A stretch of DNA of 64,000 nucleotides from an uncultured Bacteroidota bacterium (GTDB lineage: Bacteria > Bacteroidota > Bacteroidia > Chitinophagales > Chitinophagaceae): contig CAVYAV010000001.1 of the NCBI GenBank assembly GCA_963766585.1, forward strand, positions 343,761-407,760, in the 5' to 3' direction. The translations under genes were made by a program, and so were the position numbers. This document shows positions 10,250 through 19,532 of the stretch, piece after piece (position 1 is the first letter of the stretch; the number at the start of each line of letters is the position of its first letter). The notes under the pieces are model-generated. The model was not told where the DNA came from, ran no database searches, and saw only the letters and a program-made list of their open reading frames with translations.

Positions 10250-10588
10250 ATGAGTCACTCAGTAGTTTTATTACAGGCAGCGCCCGGAGGCGGAAGTTTA
10301 CAATTGCTTCTTTTAGGCGGTATGATCCTTGTGTTCTGGCTATTTATGATACGTCCACAGGCTAAGAAAGCAAAACAGGCAAAGTTGTTCCAATCGAATA
10401 TGGCAAAGGGAGATAAAATCGTAACCATTGCAGGTATACACGGAACAGTAAACAAAGTGAATGAAGATGGCACGATTATGCTGGAAACCAGCCCCGGCAG
10501 CTATATGAAGATTGAAAAAAGTGCGATCTCCATTGAATGGACGCAAAATATCAATAAGGCAGCTCTGCCGGCACCGGATAAAAAATAG
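10250..10588 (+). CDS. yajC: Preprotein translocase subunit YajC
   Basis: 112 aa with a single TM helix followed by MIRPQAKKAKQAKLFQSNMAKGDKIVTIAGIHGTV, typical of YajC. Confidence 0.9.
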   Translation: MSHSVVLLQAAPGGGSLQLLLLGGMILVFWLFMIRPQAKKAKQAKLFQSNMAKGDKIVTIAGIHGTVNKVNEDGTIMLETSPGSYMKIEKSAISIEWTQNINKAALPAPDKK

Positions 10589-10601
10589 TTGATATTACCT
10601 T

Positions 10602-10632
10602 GAACGCTTCCTTCGGGAAGCGTTCTTTTTTT
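10602..10632 (+). terminator. Rho-independent terminator after yajC
   Basis: Perfect 10-bp stem gaacgcttcc / ggaagcgttc, ttcg loop, then seven T residues (10626-10632). Confidence 0.8.
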
Positions 10633-10647
10633 ACAGTAACTTGTCTG

Positions 10648-11241
10648 ATGCTTAAAATCGGATTAACGGGTGGAATTGGTTCAGGGAAAACAATGGTCGC
10701 GCAAATTTTTGAAGTGCTGGCCATTCCGGTTTATTATGCTGATCAGGCTGCCAAACACCTGATGAATAGTGATGTGGATTTGAAAAATAAAATTATTCAG
10801 ACTTTTGGCGCTGCAACTTATAGGGATGGAAATTTAGACAACACTTATCTGGGATCAATTGTATTCCGGGATCCGGAAAAACTCGCCCTGCTGAACGCTT
10901 TGGTTCATCCTGCAACCATCGGGGACGCTGAAAAATGGATACGGAGACAAAATTCTCCTTACATCGTGAAAGAAGCTGCGATCATTTTTGAAGCAGGTCT
11001 CGAAAAAAATTATCACTATATCATTTGTGTAACCGCACCTGAATCCCTGCGGCTCGAAAGGGTAATGGAAAGAGACCATTCCAGTGCAGAAAAAGTAAGG
11101 CAACGGATAAATCAGCAGATGGACGAAAAGGAAAAAATAAGCCGGAGCAATTTCGTGATCAATAATGACGGAACCCAGGCCATTTTGCCGCAGGTGCTGA
11201 AGATTCACAGGGTACTATTGGCGGATAAGAGGATTGGGTGA
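10648..11241 (+). CDS. coaE: Dephospho-CoA kinase
   Basis: MLKIGLTGGIGSGKT P-loop at the N-terminus. The start is set at the ATG at 10648 because the TTG at 10600 lies inside the yajC terminator. Confidence 0.9.
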   Translation: MLKIGLTGGIGSGKTMVAQIFEVLAIPVYYADQAAKHLMNSDVDLKNKIIQTFGAATYRDGNLDNTYLGSIVFRDPEKLALLNALVHPATIGDAEKWIRRQNSPYIVKEAAIIFEAGLEKNYHYIICVTAPESLRLERVMERDHSSAEKVRQRINQQMDEKEKISRSNFVINNDGTQAILPQVLKIHRVLLADKRIG

Positions 11242-11250
11242 TTAGGTAAT

Positions 11251-11285
11251 TAGATAATTTAATCCTCTAATCCCCCAATTATCTA
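11251..11285. repeat. AT-rich inverted repeat (tagataatt / aattatcta, 17-nt loop) in the 45-nt gap between convergent coaE and the aminotransferase gene; possible bidirectional terminator
   Basis: 9-bp perfect complementarity, 11251-11259 versus 11277-11285. Confidence 0.4.
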
Positions 11286-11286
11286 G

Positions 11287-12477
11287 TCACTTCAGTTTCG
11301 CAAGCGCATTACCAATTCTTCCCCACGCTTTTTCAATATTTGCCATGCTGTTTGCAAAAGAGAAACGGATACAGTTTGGTTCTCCGAAAGCATCCCCCAT
11401 CACAGAAGAAACATGAGCCGTATTTAATAAATACATACAAAGATCATTGGCATTGCTGATTTTATTTTCTCCATCCGCTTTTCCAAAATAAGAAGAGATA
11501 TCCGGGAAAATATAAAATGCGCCTTCCGGTTTAAAAGTTTTAATTCCCGGGATTTTCCCAACCAGTTCCATTGTTTTTTCTCTTCTGCGGGTGAATTCAT
11601 CCACCATGGCAAAACTAGGTCTCAGGTCAGCTGTGAGGGCGGTTACAGCTGCTTTCTGCGTGATGGAATTGGTAGCACTCGTAAATTGTCCCTGCAATTT
11701 TTCGGTTGCTTTGGCAATTTCTACCGGAGCTGCAATGTATCCCAGCCTCCAACCCGTCATAGCGAATCCTTTACTCAGACCATTTACTATAATAATCCTG
11801 TTTTTAAGATCCGAAAACTGGGCAATGCTTTCATGTTTGCCGATATAGTTGATGTACTCATAAATCTCGTCTGAAATGATCGCTACTCCCGGATGTTTTC
11901 TGAATATTCCTGCAAGCGCTTCCAGTTCGTCCTTACTGTAGACAGCGCCACTGGGATTACAGGGTGATGAAAATAGAAAAACCTTGGTTTTTGGTGTAAT
12001 AGCCGCTTCAAGCTGGGCTGCCGTAATTTTAAATTTTGACTCCAGGGTGGTATGCACTTCCACCACTTTTCCACGGGCAATTTTGACCAGTTCAGAATAG
12101 GTTACCCAGTAAGGTGTGGGAATTATTACCTCATCACCATCATCAACCAGGGCGAGGATCACATTGGCCAGGCTTTGTTTGGCACCGGTTGATGCAACAA
12201 TCTCTTCCGGTTTATAGTCCAGTCCATTGTCCCTTTTCAATTTTTCACATATTGCCTGACGTAAATCGGGATATCCCGATACAGGTGTATAGTGACTCCA
12301 GTTATCATCGATCGCTTTTTTTGCTGATTCCTTAATATGATCTGGTGTATCAAAATCAGGTTCACCAAGGCTTAGGTCGATAATATCAATTCCTTTTGCG
12401 CGGAGTTCCCGGCCAAGTTTGGCCATTTTTAAAGTTTCGGGTTCGCTGAATCGGGATAAAATTGAGGATAGTTGCAT
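11287..12477 (-). CDS. Pyridoxal-phosphate-dependent aminotransferase, class I (aspartate aminotransferase-like)
   Basis: 396 aa with SPCNPSG and VNGLSKGFAMTGWRLGY (PLP-lysine region), typical of AspC/AspB-type enzymes. Confidence 0.85.
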   Translation of the reverse strand: MQLSSILSRFSEPETLKMAKLGRELRAKGIDIIDLSLGEPDFDTPDHIKESAKKAIDDNWSHYTPVSGYPDLRQAICEKLKRDNGLDYKPEEIVASTGAKQSLANVILALVDDGDEVIIPTPYWVTYSELVKIARGKVVEVHTTLESKFKITAAQLEAAITPKTKVFLFSSPCNPSGAVYSKDELEALAGIFRKHPGVAIISDEIYEYINYIGKHESIAQFSDLKNRIIIVNGLSKGFAMTGWRLGYIAAPVEIAKATEKLQGQFTSATNSITQKAAVTALTADLRPSFAMVDEFTRRREKTMELVGKIPGIKTFKPEGAFYIFPDISSYFGKADGENKISNANDLCMYLLNTAHVSSVMGDAFGEPNCIRFSFANSMANIEKAWGRIGNALAKLK

Positions 12478-12495
12478 AGTTATTTATTGCGCCCG

Positions 12496-12503
12496 CAAAG
12501 GTA
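12496..12503 (-). promoter_or_regulatory. -7 promoter box (TACCTTTG on minus strand) upstream of the aminotransferase gene
   Basis: Exact TAnnTTTG match, 18 nt upstream of the ATG at 12477. Confidence 0.35.
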
Positions 12504-12572
12504 TGATTTTTTAAAATCAATTTAATAGCAGAAAGTGTGCTGAGCCGCTTCAATCTGATTCATAAACGCTGA

Positions 12573-13385
12573 CTAATTTATCAGCACTGTCTTAACCTGA
12601 AATGAATCTGTACCTGTGGTAAAGGGGAAGCCCTGCAGATAAACATTATAATTCCTTGTGCTGTCGAATGTAAGGGAACCCATCCGGATGAAATTGGAAC
12701 TGTCCTTTCTTGGGTCAACCGGATCCCGGTATGGTCTGGCACTGTCAAAAAATGCATATATATCATTCTTTCCGATATGCACCCCTGAAAATCCATATTT
12801 CGTCGGATCGGGATTGAATCCGACAAAATTACTTGGGCCGATATTTACGGTGTCGCGGTAGCTGGCTTTTATTTTTCCAGTGGTATCGCGGGGATAAACA
12901 ACTTTAATTCCAATTCTGGAACTTGGAGTGAAGTTCAGAAAACGGATATAAGAGGTTGTGTCCGTTCCAGCCCCATGGCTGTTCTGGAAAATAATTACAC
13001 TGATCGTCCTGGTATCCAGGGTATCATACACAAACATGCTATAATAGGCTCCCTGCTGTAAGGCGGTATTCCCCGAAATGAGTACCGAATCTTTTGCATT
13101 CAGTATTACCTGCAGGTCATGTACGCCTGCCGTGGTAGTATCGTAGGGACTGAAACTGTTTCCTGTGGTCTTGCCGAAACCCAGGGAATCGGGAAACAGC
13201 GCTACTCCGTCAAAATTCAGGGTAAGTGGCCCGGTTTCATAGGCTGTGTGGGTTACATTGACAAAGGCCTTGTTTGAATTGATATTCGCCGTTTTTTTGC
13301 ATGAAAACTGATTTATAGCTAAAAACAGGAGAATCAGGGCTCCGGAACGACCCCGGAATATGTGTCTGAACTTGTTCAAAATCAT
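12573..13385 (-). CDS. Secreted/lipoprotein of unknown function, probably DUF4397 family
   Basis: N-terminal signal with Cys (...LAINQFSCKK). Two repeated beta-rich modules (FVNVTHTAY... and IRFLNFTPSS...) resemble DUF4397. Confidence 0.5.
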   Translation of the reverse strand: MILNKFRHIFRGRSGALILLFLAINQFSCKKTANINSNKAFVNVTHTAYETGPLTLNFDGVALFPDSLGFGKTTGNSFSPYDTTTAGVHDLQVILNAKDSVLISGNTALQQGAYYSMFVYDTLDTRTISVIIFQNSHGAGTDTTSYIRFLNFTPSSRIGIKVVYPRDTTGKIKASYRDTVNIGPSNFVGFNPDPTKYGFSGVHIGKNDIYAFFDSARPYRDPVDPRKDSSNFIRMGSLTFDSTRNYNVYLQGFPFTTGTDSFQVKTVLIN

Positions 13386-13489
13386 GAATTCGCGCGGATT
13401 AATTTGATTTTACCTTTTGAGAGCATGAAAGTAGCAAAACAAGGCTACTTAACCATCTACTTAACATTTTAGTTATCAATTGGAAAACC

Positions 13490-13497
13490 TATCTTTG
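13490..13497 (+). promoter_or_regulatory. -7 promoter box TATCTTTG upstream of secDF
   Basis: Exact TAnnTTTG match, 26 nt before the ATG at 13524. Confidence 0.35.
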
Positions 13498-13523
13498 CCG
13501 CTCTAAAAAAATAACGAAAGCCA

Positions 13524-16500
13524 ATGAGAGCGCTGGTTAGCATTTTTGCAGGTTTACTGATTGTAATATCCCTTTATCAATTGTCATTTACCTGGTTCGT
13601 GAATAAACACGAATCCGCTATGGCACAGAAAGCAGAACGTTTTGTAAAAAATAATTTTCCCGCTGCAGCCACAAAATATCCGGGCAACAAGGATGCTCAG
13701 GTATTGTACCAGGACAGCCTGAGCCTGGTTGTTCGCGCACGCACTGAAAAACTTCTGGATTCCACCAAAGAGACCAAGATTACCTGGTGGGGAACCACTT
13801 ACCAGAAGTCAAAAGAAAGTGAATTGCTGCTCGGCCTGGATTTACAGGGTGGGATCAACGTAACTCTTGACATTGAACTTAAAGAACTTATTAAAGGGCT
13901 TGCCAATAATCCGCGGGACGCCAGTCTCGTTAAAGCCATTCAGCTGGCGGATCAGAAAAAATTAACCAATGGCGGTGCCAATTATATCGATTTATTTTCT
14001 TCGGCATTTGGTGAGGTTAATCCCGGCATTAAACTGGCACCCTTATTTGCCAATACAAACAGAAACAAACTAAAATTCGAATCCTCCGATGGTGAAGTAA
14101 TTCGATACCTGCACGATCAGGCACTGGCAGGAATGCATCAGACTTTTAAAGTTCTGACTAATCGAATAGACAAATTTGGTGTATCCCAGCCCAATATCCA
14201 GCTGGATGAGAACAAAGGAATTATCACCGTAGAACTGGCAGGCGCCACCGATCCTGACCGGGTTAGAAAATATTTACAGTCATCTGCCAACCTGCAGTTT
14301 TGGGAAGTTTATAATATCCAGGAATTGTCTAATTCGCTGACGAATGCAGATAAGGTTTTACAAAAATATCTCAATGGAGAAAAAGATTCCGCGACCCTTG
14401 CAAAGCAGGATACCACAGCCGACAGTTTATCCAGTGCACTGAACCGGAATCCGCTGCGCATCCTGCGATTCAACCAGCCACAACAGGATGCCAAAGGTCA
14501 GGTTCAATATCCTTCTGCCCTGGCTGCTGCCCTGGTGAAAGATACTTCTACATTTAATAGTTATATGAATATTGCGGCAGTCCGCAATCAATTCCCCGGA
14601 AATGTAAAATTCGCCTGGGGCAAACTTAATTATGATGATAACGGTAAAGCCCTTCCCTACCTGGAGCTATATGCCATCAAAACCATTCCCGGAAATGATC
14701 GCGCTAAATTAGAAGGTGAAGTAATTACGAATGCCCGTCAGGATTACGATCCGGTTACCGGAGGTGTTGTGGTTGAGATGAGTATGAACAAACACGGAGC
14801 TGATGTATGGGGTAAAATGACGAGTGATAATGTAGGTAAACCCATTGCCATCACGCTGGACGATGTAGTATACTCTGCGCCGGTGGTGAATGGACCGATT
14901 ACTGGTGGAAACTCGCAAATTACCATGGGCAACCGAAGCAGCAGTATTGTAGTGACTGAAGCACAGGATCTTGCCAATATATTAATAAGTGGTAAACTGA
15001 ATGCTCCTGCCCGTATTGTTCAGGAACAGGTGGTTGGACCCACACTGGGTAAAGCAGCCGTAAAAGGCGGTGCCATGGCTTTCGCCATATCGTTCCTGGT
15101 CATTTTCACTCTTATGCTTGTGTATTATAACACAGCCGGATGGGTGGCAAATATTGCGTTGATATTAAACCTTCTTTTTACCATTGGAATCCTGAGTGCT
15201 ATGCATGCCACCCTCACTGCTCCAGGTATCGCCGGACTGGTGCTGACCATTGGTATGGCAGTGGATACAAACGTTATCATATTTGAAAGAATAAAAGAGG
15301 AACTGACGCGGGGGAAAAGTTATCAGCTGGCCGTGAACGACGGTTACCGTCGTTCGCTTGCCCCGGTGCTCGATGCCCACGTTACTACCTTCCTTACTGC
15401 CGCCATACTGGCCTATTTCGGCCTGGGTCCTGTATTGGGCTTCGCAACTACCCAGATGCTGGGTATTGCCCTGTCTCTTTTCTGCGGAATCCTGGTATCC
15501 CGGATGGTCACCGATTTTTATACCAATAAAAACAGGCACTTTCAATACTTCACCGGTATATCCAAGAAAGTATTTCAGCATGCGAACTTTAAGTTTATCG
15601 AATTCCGCAAGGTAGCGTATATGATTTCTGCGCTCGTACTGGTTCTTGGCGTTTCCGCCTATTTCCACGGATTTCAGAAAGGTGTTGAATTTTCCGGCGG
15701 AAGAAGTTATATCGTTAATTTTCATAAACCGTTAAATGAACAGGAAATTAAGGATGCCCTGAATGTGCAGTTCGGTAAATATCCGGAAGTTAAAACCTAT
15801 GGTTCCAACCAACAGTTTGAAATCACAACGGATTATATGGTCAACAGAGAAGGATCATCAGCCGATTCCATTGTTGCGAATAAAATGTTCACCGGGCTAA
15901 CCCATTTCCTGCCTGCCGGAACTACTTCGCAGGAATTTACAAACACCAGGAAGTTTATTCAGCAATCAAAGAAAGTAAGCGCTTCCATTTCAGATGATCT
16001 GAAAGCCGGTGCTGTAAAAGCTACAATCTTCGCTCTGATCTTTATTTTCATTTATATATTTATTCGTTTCCGCGACTGGAGATATTCGTTGGGAACCATT
16101 ATTGCCCTGATGCATGACGTTTTGGTAGTACTCGCTGTATATTCTTTCCTGCCGGCGGTAGTGCCATTCCCTTTGGAAATAGATCAGCACTTTATCGCAG
16201 CAATCCTGACCGTGATCGGGTTTTCAATGAATGATACGGTTATCGTATTTGACAGAATCCGGGAAGACAGCCGGATATTGCGTGGTAAAACAAAAGCCGA
16301 GATCATTAACAAGGCGGTGAACGAAACGCTTCCAAGAACAGTAATGACTTCCCTAACCGTGTTCCTGACCATCCTGATTTTGTTCCTGGTTGGCGGAGAA
16401 GTAACCAAAGGATTTGCGTTCGCAATGCTGATCGGTGTGGTTACCGGAACATACTCTTCCATCTTTGTGGCTGCACCGGTATTAATTGACCTTGCCAGGA

Positions 16501-16577
16501 AAAGACCCTTAGGAGCAGCGGATACCGATACGACTAAACCCATCGTTAGAAAACAAACAGTGGTGAGCAAAGCTTAA
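13524..16577 (+). CDS. secDF: Protein translocase subunit SecDF (fused SecD-SecF)
   Basis: 1017 aa with a large periplasmic domain and two six-helix SecD/SecF membrane modules (e.g. ...GIAGLVLTIGMAVDTNVIIFERIKEE... and ...IGFSMNDTVIVFDRIRED...). Confidence 0.95.
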   Translation: MRALVSIFAGLLIVISLYQLSFTWFVNKHESAMAQKAERFVKNNFPAAATKYPGNKDAQVLYQDSLSLVVRARTEKLLDSTKETKITWWGTTYQKSKESELLLGLDLQGGINVTLDIELKELIKGLANNPRDASLVKAIQLADQKKLTNGGANYIDLFSSAFGEVNPGIKLAPLFANTNRNKLKFESSDGEVIRYLHDQALAGMHQTFKVLTNRIDKFGVSQPNIQLDENKGIITVELAGATDPDRVRKYLQSSANLQFWEVYNIQELSNSLTNADKVLQKYLNGEKDSATLAKQDTTADSLSSALNRNPLRILRFNQPQQDAKGQVQYPSALAAALVKDTSTFNSYMNIAAVRNQFPGNVKFAWGKLNYDDNGKALPYLELYAIKTIPGNDRAKLEGEVITNARQDYDPVTGGVVVEMSMNKHGADVWGKMTSDNVGKPIAITLDDVVYSAPVVNGPITGGNSQITMGNRSSSIVVTEAQDLANILISGKLNAPARIVQEQVVGPTLGKAAVKGGAMAFAISFLVIFTLMLVYYNTAGWVANIALILNLLFTIGILSAMHATLTAPGIAGLVLTIGMAVDTNVIIFERIKEELTRGKSYQLAVNDGYRRSLAPVLDAHVTTFLTAAILAYFGLGPVLGFATTQMLGIALSLFCGILVSRMVTDFYTNKNRHFQYFTGISKKVFQHANFKFIEFRKVAYMISALVLVLGVSAYFHGFQKGVEFSGGRSYIVNFHKPLNEQEIKDALNVQFGKYPEVKTYGSNQQFEITTDYMVNREGSSADSIVANKMFTGLTHFLPAGTTSQEFTNTRKFIQQSKKVSASISDDLKAGAVKATIFALIFIFIYIFIRFRDWRYSLGTIIALMHDVLVVLAVYSFLPAVVPFPLEIDQHFIAAILTVIGFSMNDTVIVFDRIREDSRILRGKTKAEIINKAVNETLPRTVMTSLTVFLTILILFLVGGEVTKGFAFAMLIGVVTGTYSSIFVAAPVLIDLARKRPLGAADTDTTKPIVRKQTVVSKA

Positions 16578-16630
16578 GGCTTAACGCCCAACGCTAAACG
16601 CCAGGCTTCTGTTTTTGAATAGAACATAAT

Positions 16631-16667
16631 AAAAAACCCTCCGGAAAATAATCCCGGAGGGTTTTTT
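16631..16667. terminator. Bidirectional rho-independent terminator downstream of secDF
   Basis: GC stem ccctccgg / ccggaggg, flanked by an A-tract (16631-16636) and a T-tract (16662-16667). Confidence 0.75.
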
Positions 16668-16791
16668 ATATTTTTTCACCTTCAACAATAAAGTCTTCCG
16701 ACAAGTGGGTAAATACTTAATTCTTCTTTTGCAAACCTGCGAATCAGGCGACTGGTATTCGGTGTTAAGCGTTCAGCTTTCAACTAAATGT

Positions 16792-17022
16792 CTATGCCGT
16801 TTTCGCCCGCTTGCCATGATGACCATGGGTTCCGTGTACATGATGGTGATGCGAAGGATGATGAAACCGACGATGAGCATGATGAAAACTATGGTGATGA
16901 TAGTGATGAAAATGCGGATGCCTGTGGAATCCCATTTCTGCAGGACGGGCATATGTTAAGGTTTTTGCAGACACCATCAGGGATAAAAATAACAGGCAGG
17001 AAAGTATGGTTATTGTTTTCAT
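16792..17022 (-). CDS. Small secreted histidine-rich protein (76 aa), putative periplasmic metal-binding protein
   Basis: The ATG at 17020-17022 is followed by signal peptide MKTITILSCLLFLSLMVSAK. Residues 33-69 contain 21 His (HRHPHFHHYHHHSFHHAHRRFHHPSHHHHVHGTHGHH). The upstream part of the 138-aa track ORF is Arg/Lys-rich and looks non-coding. Confidence 0.55.
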   Translation of the reverse strand: MKTITILSCLLFLSLMVSAKTLTYARPAEMGFHRHPHFHHYHHHSFHHAHRRFHHPSHHHHVHGTHGHHGKRAKTA

Positions 17023-17044
17023 TTTAGTTTCGGATTTTGATGTA

Positions 17045-17338
17045 TTACTTTTTGTTTTCTTTATATCGTTGGTCAGGAGTGCCGTCTTTTTTTGTATGAG
17101 TAGTGGCCGGTGCCGCTTTCGCCGCTTCCTTGTTTGACTTATACCGCATGTCTGCCGTGCCGTCCTTTTTTGTCGGGCCGGGTGCCGTAGGCTGAACCGC
17201 TGCAGCACTGGCCGGGGTTTTATTTGCTGTCGCCGTACTGGTTGAAGCCGGTTTCTTAGTTTTGGCAGGAGTTGTTTGCGCCGTTGAAAAAGTGTTCAGA
17301 CCAAAAAAGAGGACAAATGCCAGGATCATTGTTTTCAT
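17045..17338 (-). CDS. Small secreted basic protein (97 aa) with tandem TKKDGTxDxRYKxNK repeats
   Basis: Signal peptide MKTMILAFVLFFGLNTFSTAQ, an Ala/Thr/Pro/Lys-rich linker, then TKKDGTADMRYKSNKEA and TKKDGTPDQRYKENKK. Confidence 0.6.
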   Translation of the reverse strand: MKTMILAFVLFFGLNTFSTAQTTPAKTKKPASTSTATANKTPASAAAVQPTAPGPTKKDGTADMRYKSNKEAAKAAPATTHTKKDGTPDQRYKENKK

Positions 17339-17386
17339 TATGGATTAATTTTATCAGGCTAATGTAGAGAAACAGTCTTCCAACTG

Positions 17387-17394
17387 CAAATTTA
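17387..17394 (-). promoter_or_regulatory. -7 promoter box (TAAATTTG on minus strand) upstream of the two small secreted-protein genes
   Basis: Exact TAnnTTTG match, 48 nt upstream of the ATG at 17338. It lies in the 176-bp divergent region shared with the sensor kinase gene. Confidence 0.35.
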
Positions 17395-17514
17395 TTTGTG
17401 CTATAATACCATCATTTTTCACTGAGATTCAACTCTTTAACCGCTCCTTAACCAATTTTGTAATTTTGTAGGCCTTAAACTATCCCAATTTTGCGTTTCC
17501 AGTTTTTTAAATCT

Positions 17515-18792
17515 ATGAGGTCTTCCATGTTAAAATGGCTGGTATTGGCAGCCGCTTTATTGATCGGTCTGATTGTGATTGTCCAGATGTACTGGCTCAC
17601 AAAGGTGTATTCCTTTGAACAAAAGCAGTTTAATACCAACGTGGTAAAGAGTCTAAGGGGCGTGTTCGAAGATCTGGAGATGAACGACGACCCATCTTTA
17701 AGCCTTCAGCAACTTATTCATAATCCCGCCAATGATTATTATATGTTTAAAGCTGATACCCTGCCTGAACAGGATTCACTTACCCATTATATCCGAAAGG
17801 AATTTGGCGATTTTGATGTACTAACGGATGTAAAACTGGGCGCCTACAGTCTCAAGGAAAATAAATATATCTACGAGGAATACATCCCAACCGTAGCTTC
17901 CGGATTCAATATTACGCAGGCCATCGGCCTTCCGGTCTTTGCCAAAGAATATGACCATATCCTCCTTTATTTTCCTCACCGTTACCAGTATATTCTCGGC
18001 CAGATGAACTTCTGGATCATCAGCAGTGTGGCACTTTTTCTGGCCCTTATCGGGCTGGCGATCAGTCTGTTTTATTTTTACAGGCAAAAATTTCTGGCAG
18101 AAGTACAAAAAGATTTTGTCAACAACTTCACCCATGAATTCAAAACCCCACTGGCGGTGATTAAAATTGCATCGGACACCCTTGCACAGGATGACATCAG
18201 TCAGAAGCCCGACAGACTCAAAAGATATACCGGCATAATCCAAAATCAAACTTCCCACCTTCAGAACCAGGTGGAAAAACTTCTGAAAAGTGCATCAGCA
18301 GAAAATAAAAAATTTCCCATAGACAAAGAAGCGATTCAACCGGCAAAACTCATTGAACAAGCGCTTAACAAATTACAACCTCTGATTGAACAGAAAAAAG
18401 CACTTATCGAATTAAAAGTGGAAAACTACGACACCAACATTCATGCAGATGAAGGTCATCTGGAACTGGCTATTATTAATATACTGGAAAATGCATTAAA
18501 GTATTCCAGTTCACCACATATTGTTGTGGAGACCGGGAAGGAAGAATCCGATTATTTTATTTCAATCAAAGACAACGGTATTGGAATGGAAAAAAAATAT
18601 CTGAAAAATATTTTCAAAAAATTTTACCGGATCCCTACCGGAAATGTCCACGACGTAAAAGGGTTCGGGTTGGGGTTGAATTTTGTAAAACGAATTATGG
18701 ATGGTCACGGGGGAAAAATCCGGGTACATAGTCTACCCGGTATTGGTACAGAATTCAGGTTACTACTCCCCTCTCAGGCTAATTATAAATAA
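17515..18792 (+). CDS. Two-component sensor histidine kinase
   Basis: Two TM segments flank a periplasmic domain of roughly 130 aa. H-box FTHEFKTPLAV, N box ENALKYS, G boxes DNGIGM and GFGLGLNFV. The ATG at 17515 is preferred over the TTG at 17491. Confidence 0.9.
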   Translation: MRSSMLKWLVLAAALLIGLIVIVQMYWLTKVYSFEQKQFNTNVVKSLRGVFEDLEMNDDPSLSLQQLIHNPANDYYMFKADTLPEQDSLTHYIRKEFGDFDVLTDVKLGAYSLKENKYIYEEYIPTVASGFNITQAIGLPVFAKEYDHILLYFPHRYQYILGQMNFWIISSVALFLALIGLAISLFYFYRQKFLAEVQKDFVNNFTHEFKTPLAVIKIASDTLAQDDISQKPDRLKRYTGIIQNQTSHLQNQVEKLLKSASAENKKFPIDKEAIQPAKLIEQALNKLQPLIEQKKALIELKVENYDTNIHADEGHLELAIINILENALKYSSSPHIVVETGKEESDYFISIKDNGIGMEKKYLKNIFKKFYRIPTGNVHDVKGFGLGLNFVKRIMDGHGGKIRVHSLPGIGTEFRLLLPSQANYK

Positions 18793-18800
18793 AATTTATC

Positions 18801-19496
18801 ATGAATACCAAATCAAAAGTCCTACTGGCAGAAGATGATCTTTCTTTAGGGTACGTCATTAAAGATAACCTGGCAGATGCGGGTTATGACGTAGTGCTCT
18901 GTGCAGACGGGCAAGCAGCTATTGACAAATTCAGCAAGGAAAGTTTCGATATCTGCCTGCTTGATGTTATGATGCCGAACAAGGATGGCTTTGCCGTTGC
19001 CAAAAAAATCAGGCAGCAAACTGACCTGATTCCAATTCTCCTGATTACTGCAAAATCGCTGGAAGAAGACCGTATTCATGGTTTTGAATGTGGCGCAGAC
19101 GACTATATTGTTAAACCCTTCAGTATGCAGGAACTGCTCTTGCGTATCGAAGTGTTTCTACGCAGGACAAAAAAAATGTATTCCGAACGCACCCTGAATT
19201 TTCAGATCGGAAAAATGAAGTTTTCATTTAATGACCTCAAATTATCATTTGGTGATAATACAAACAATATGACCCAAAAGGAAGCCGAGCTTCTTTTATT
19301 CCTTTGTGAGCATCCCAACCGTATACTGAAAAGAGAAGAAGTGTTGCTCCACGTCTGGGGAAAAGACGATTATTTTTTAGGAAGAAGCATGGACGTCTTT
19401 ATCACCAAACTACGTAAATATTTCAAAGCAGATTCATCCATTCAAATAGAAACCATTCACGGCATGGGCTTCCGCCTGAATGCGGCTGTTCAATAA
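18801..19496 (+). CDS. Response regulator transcription factor, OmpR/PhoB family
   Basis: Receiver domain (LLAEDD..., LLDVMMPNKDG, VKPF) plus C-terminal winged helix (...IETIHGMGFRL). Confidence 0.9.
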   Translation: MNTKSKVLLAEDDLSLGYVIKDNLADAGYDVVLCADGQAAIDKFSKESFDICLLDVMMPNKDGFAVAKKIRQQTDLIPILLITAKSLEEDRIHGFECGADDYIVKPFSMQELLLRIEVFLRRTKKMYSERTLNFQIGKMKFSFNDLKLSFGDNTNNMTQKEAELLLFLCEHPNRILKREEVLLHVWGKDDYFLGRSMDVFITKLRKYFKADSSIQIETIHGMGFRLNAAVQ

Positions 19497-19532
19497 TCTA
19501 CAGTACCCTGACCTTTATCTTATAATTTTCAC

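Noticed and set aside
10600-10647. TTG-initiated N-terminal extension of coaE given in the ORF track (MNASFGKRSFFTVTCL…).
   Set aside because: The extension is encoded by the yajC rho-independent terminator hairpin and T-tract (10602-10632). The canonical P-loop N-terminus begins at the ATG at 10648.
16705-16959. 84-aa + strand ORF that is strikingly Met/Val-rich (…MMTMGSVYMMVMRRMMKPTMSMMKTMVMIVMKMRMP…) and could be read as a Cu(I)-binding Met-rich protein.
   Set aside because: It is the codon-for-codon reverse complement of the His-rich minus-strand ORF (CAT/CAC versus ATG/GTG). It starts at a GTG and lacks a convincing signal peptide. The minus-strand ORF has an ATG, a clean signal peptide and a co-oriented neighbour. 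It is kept only as a caveat in the His-rich finding.
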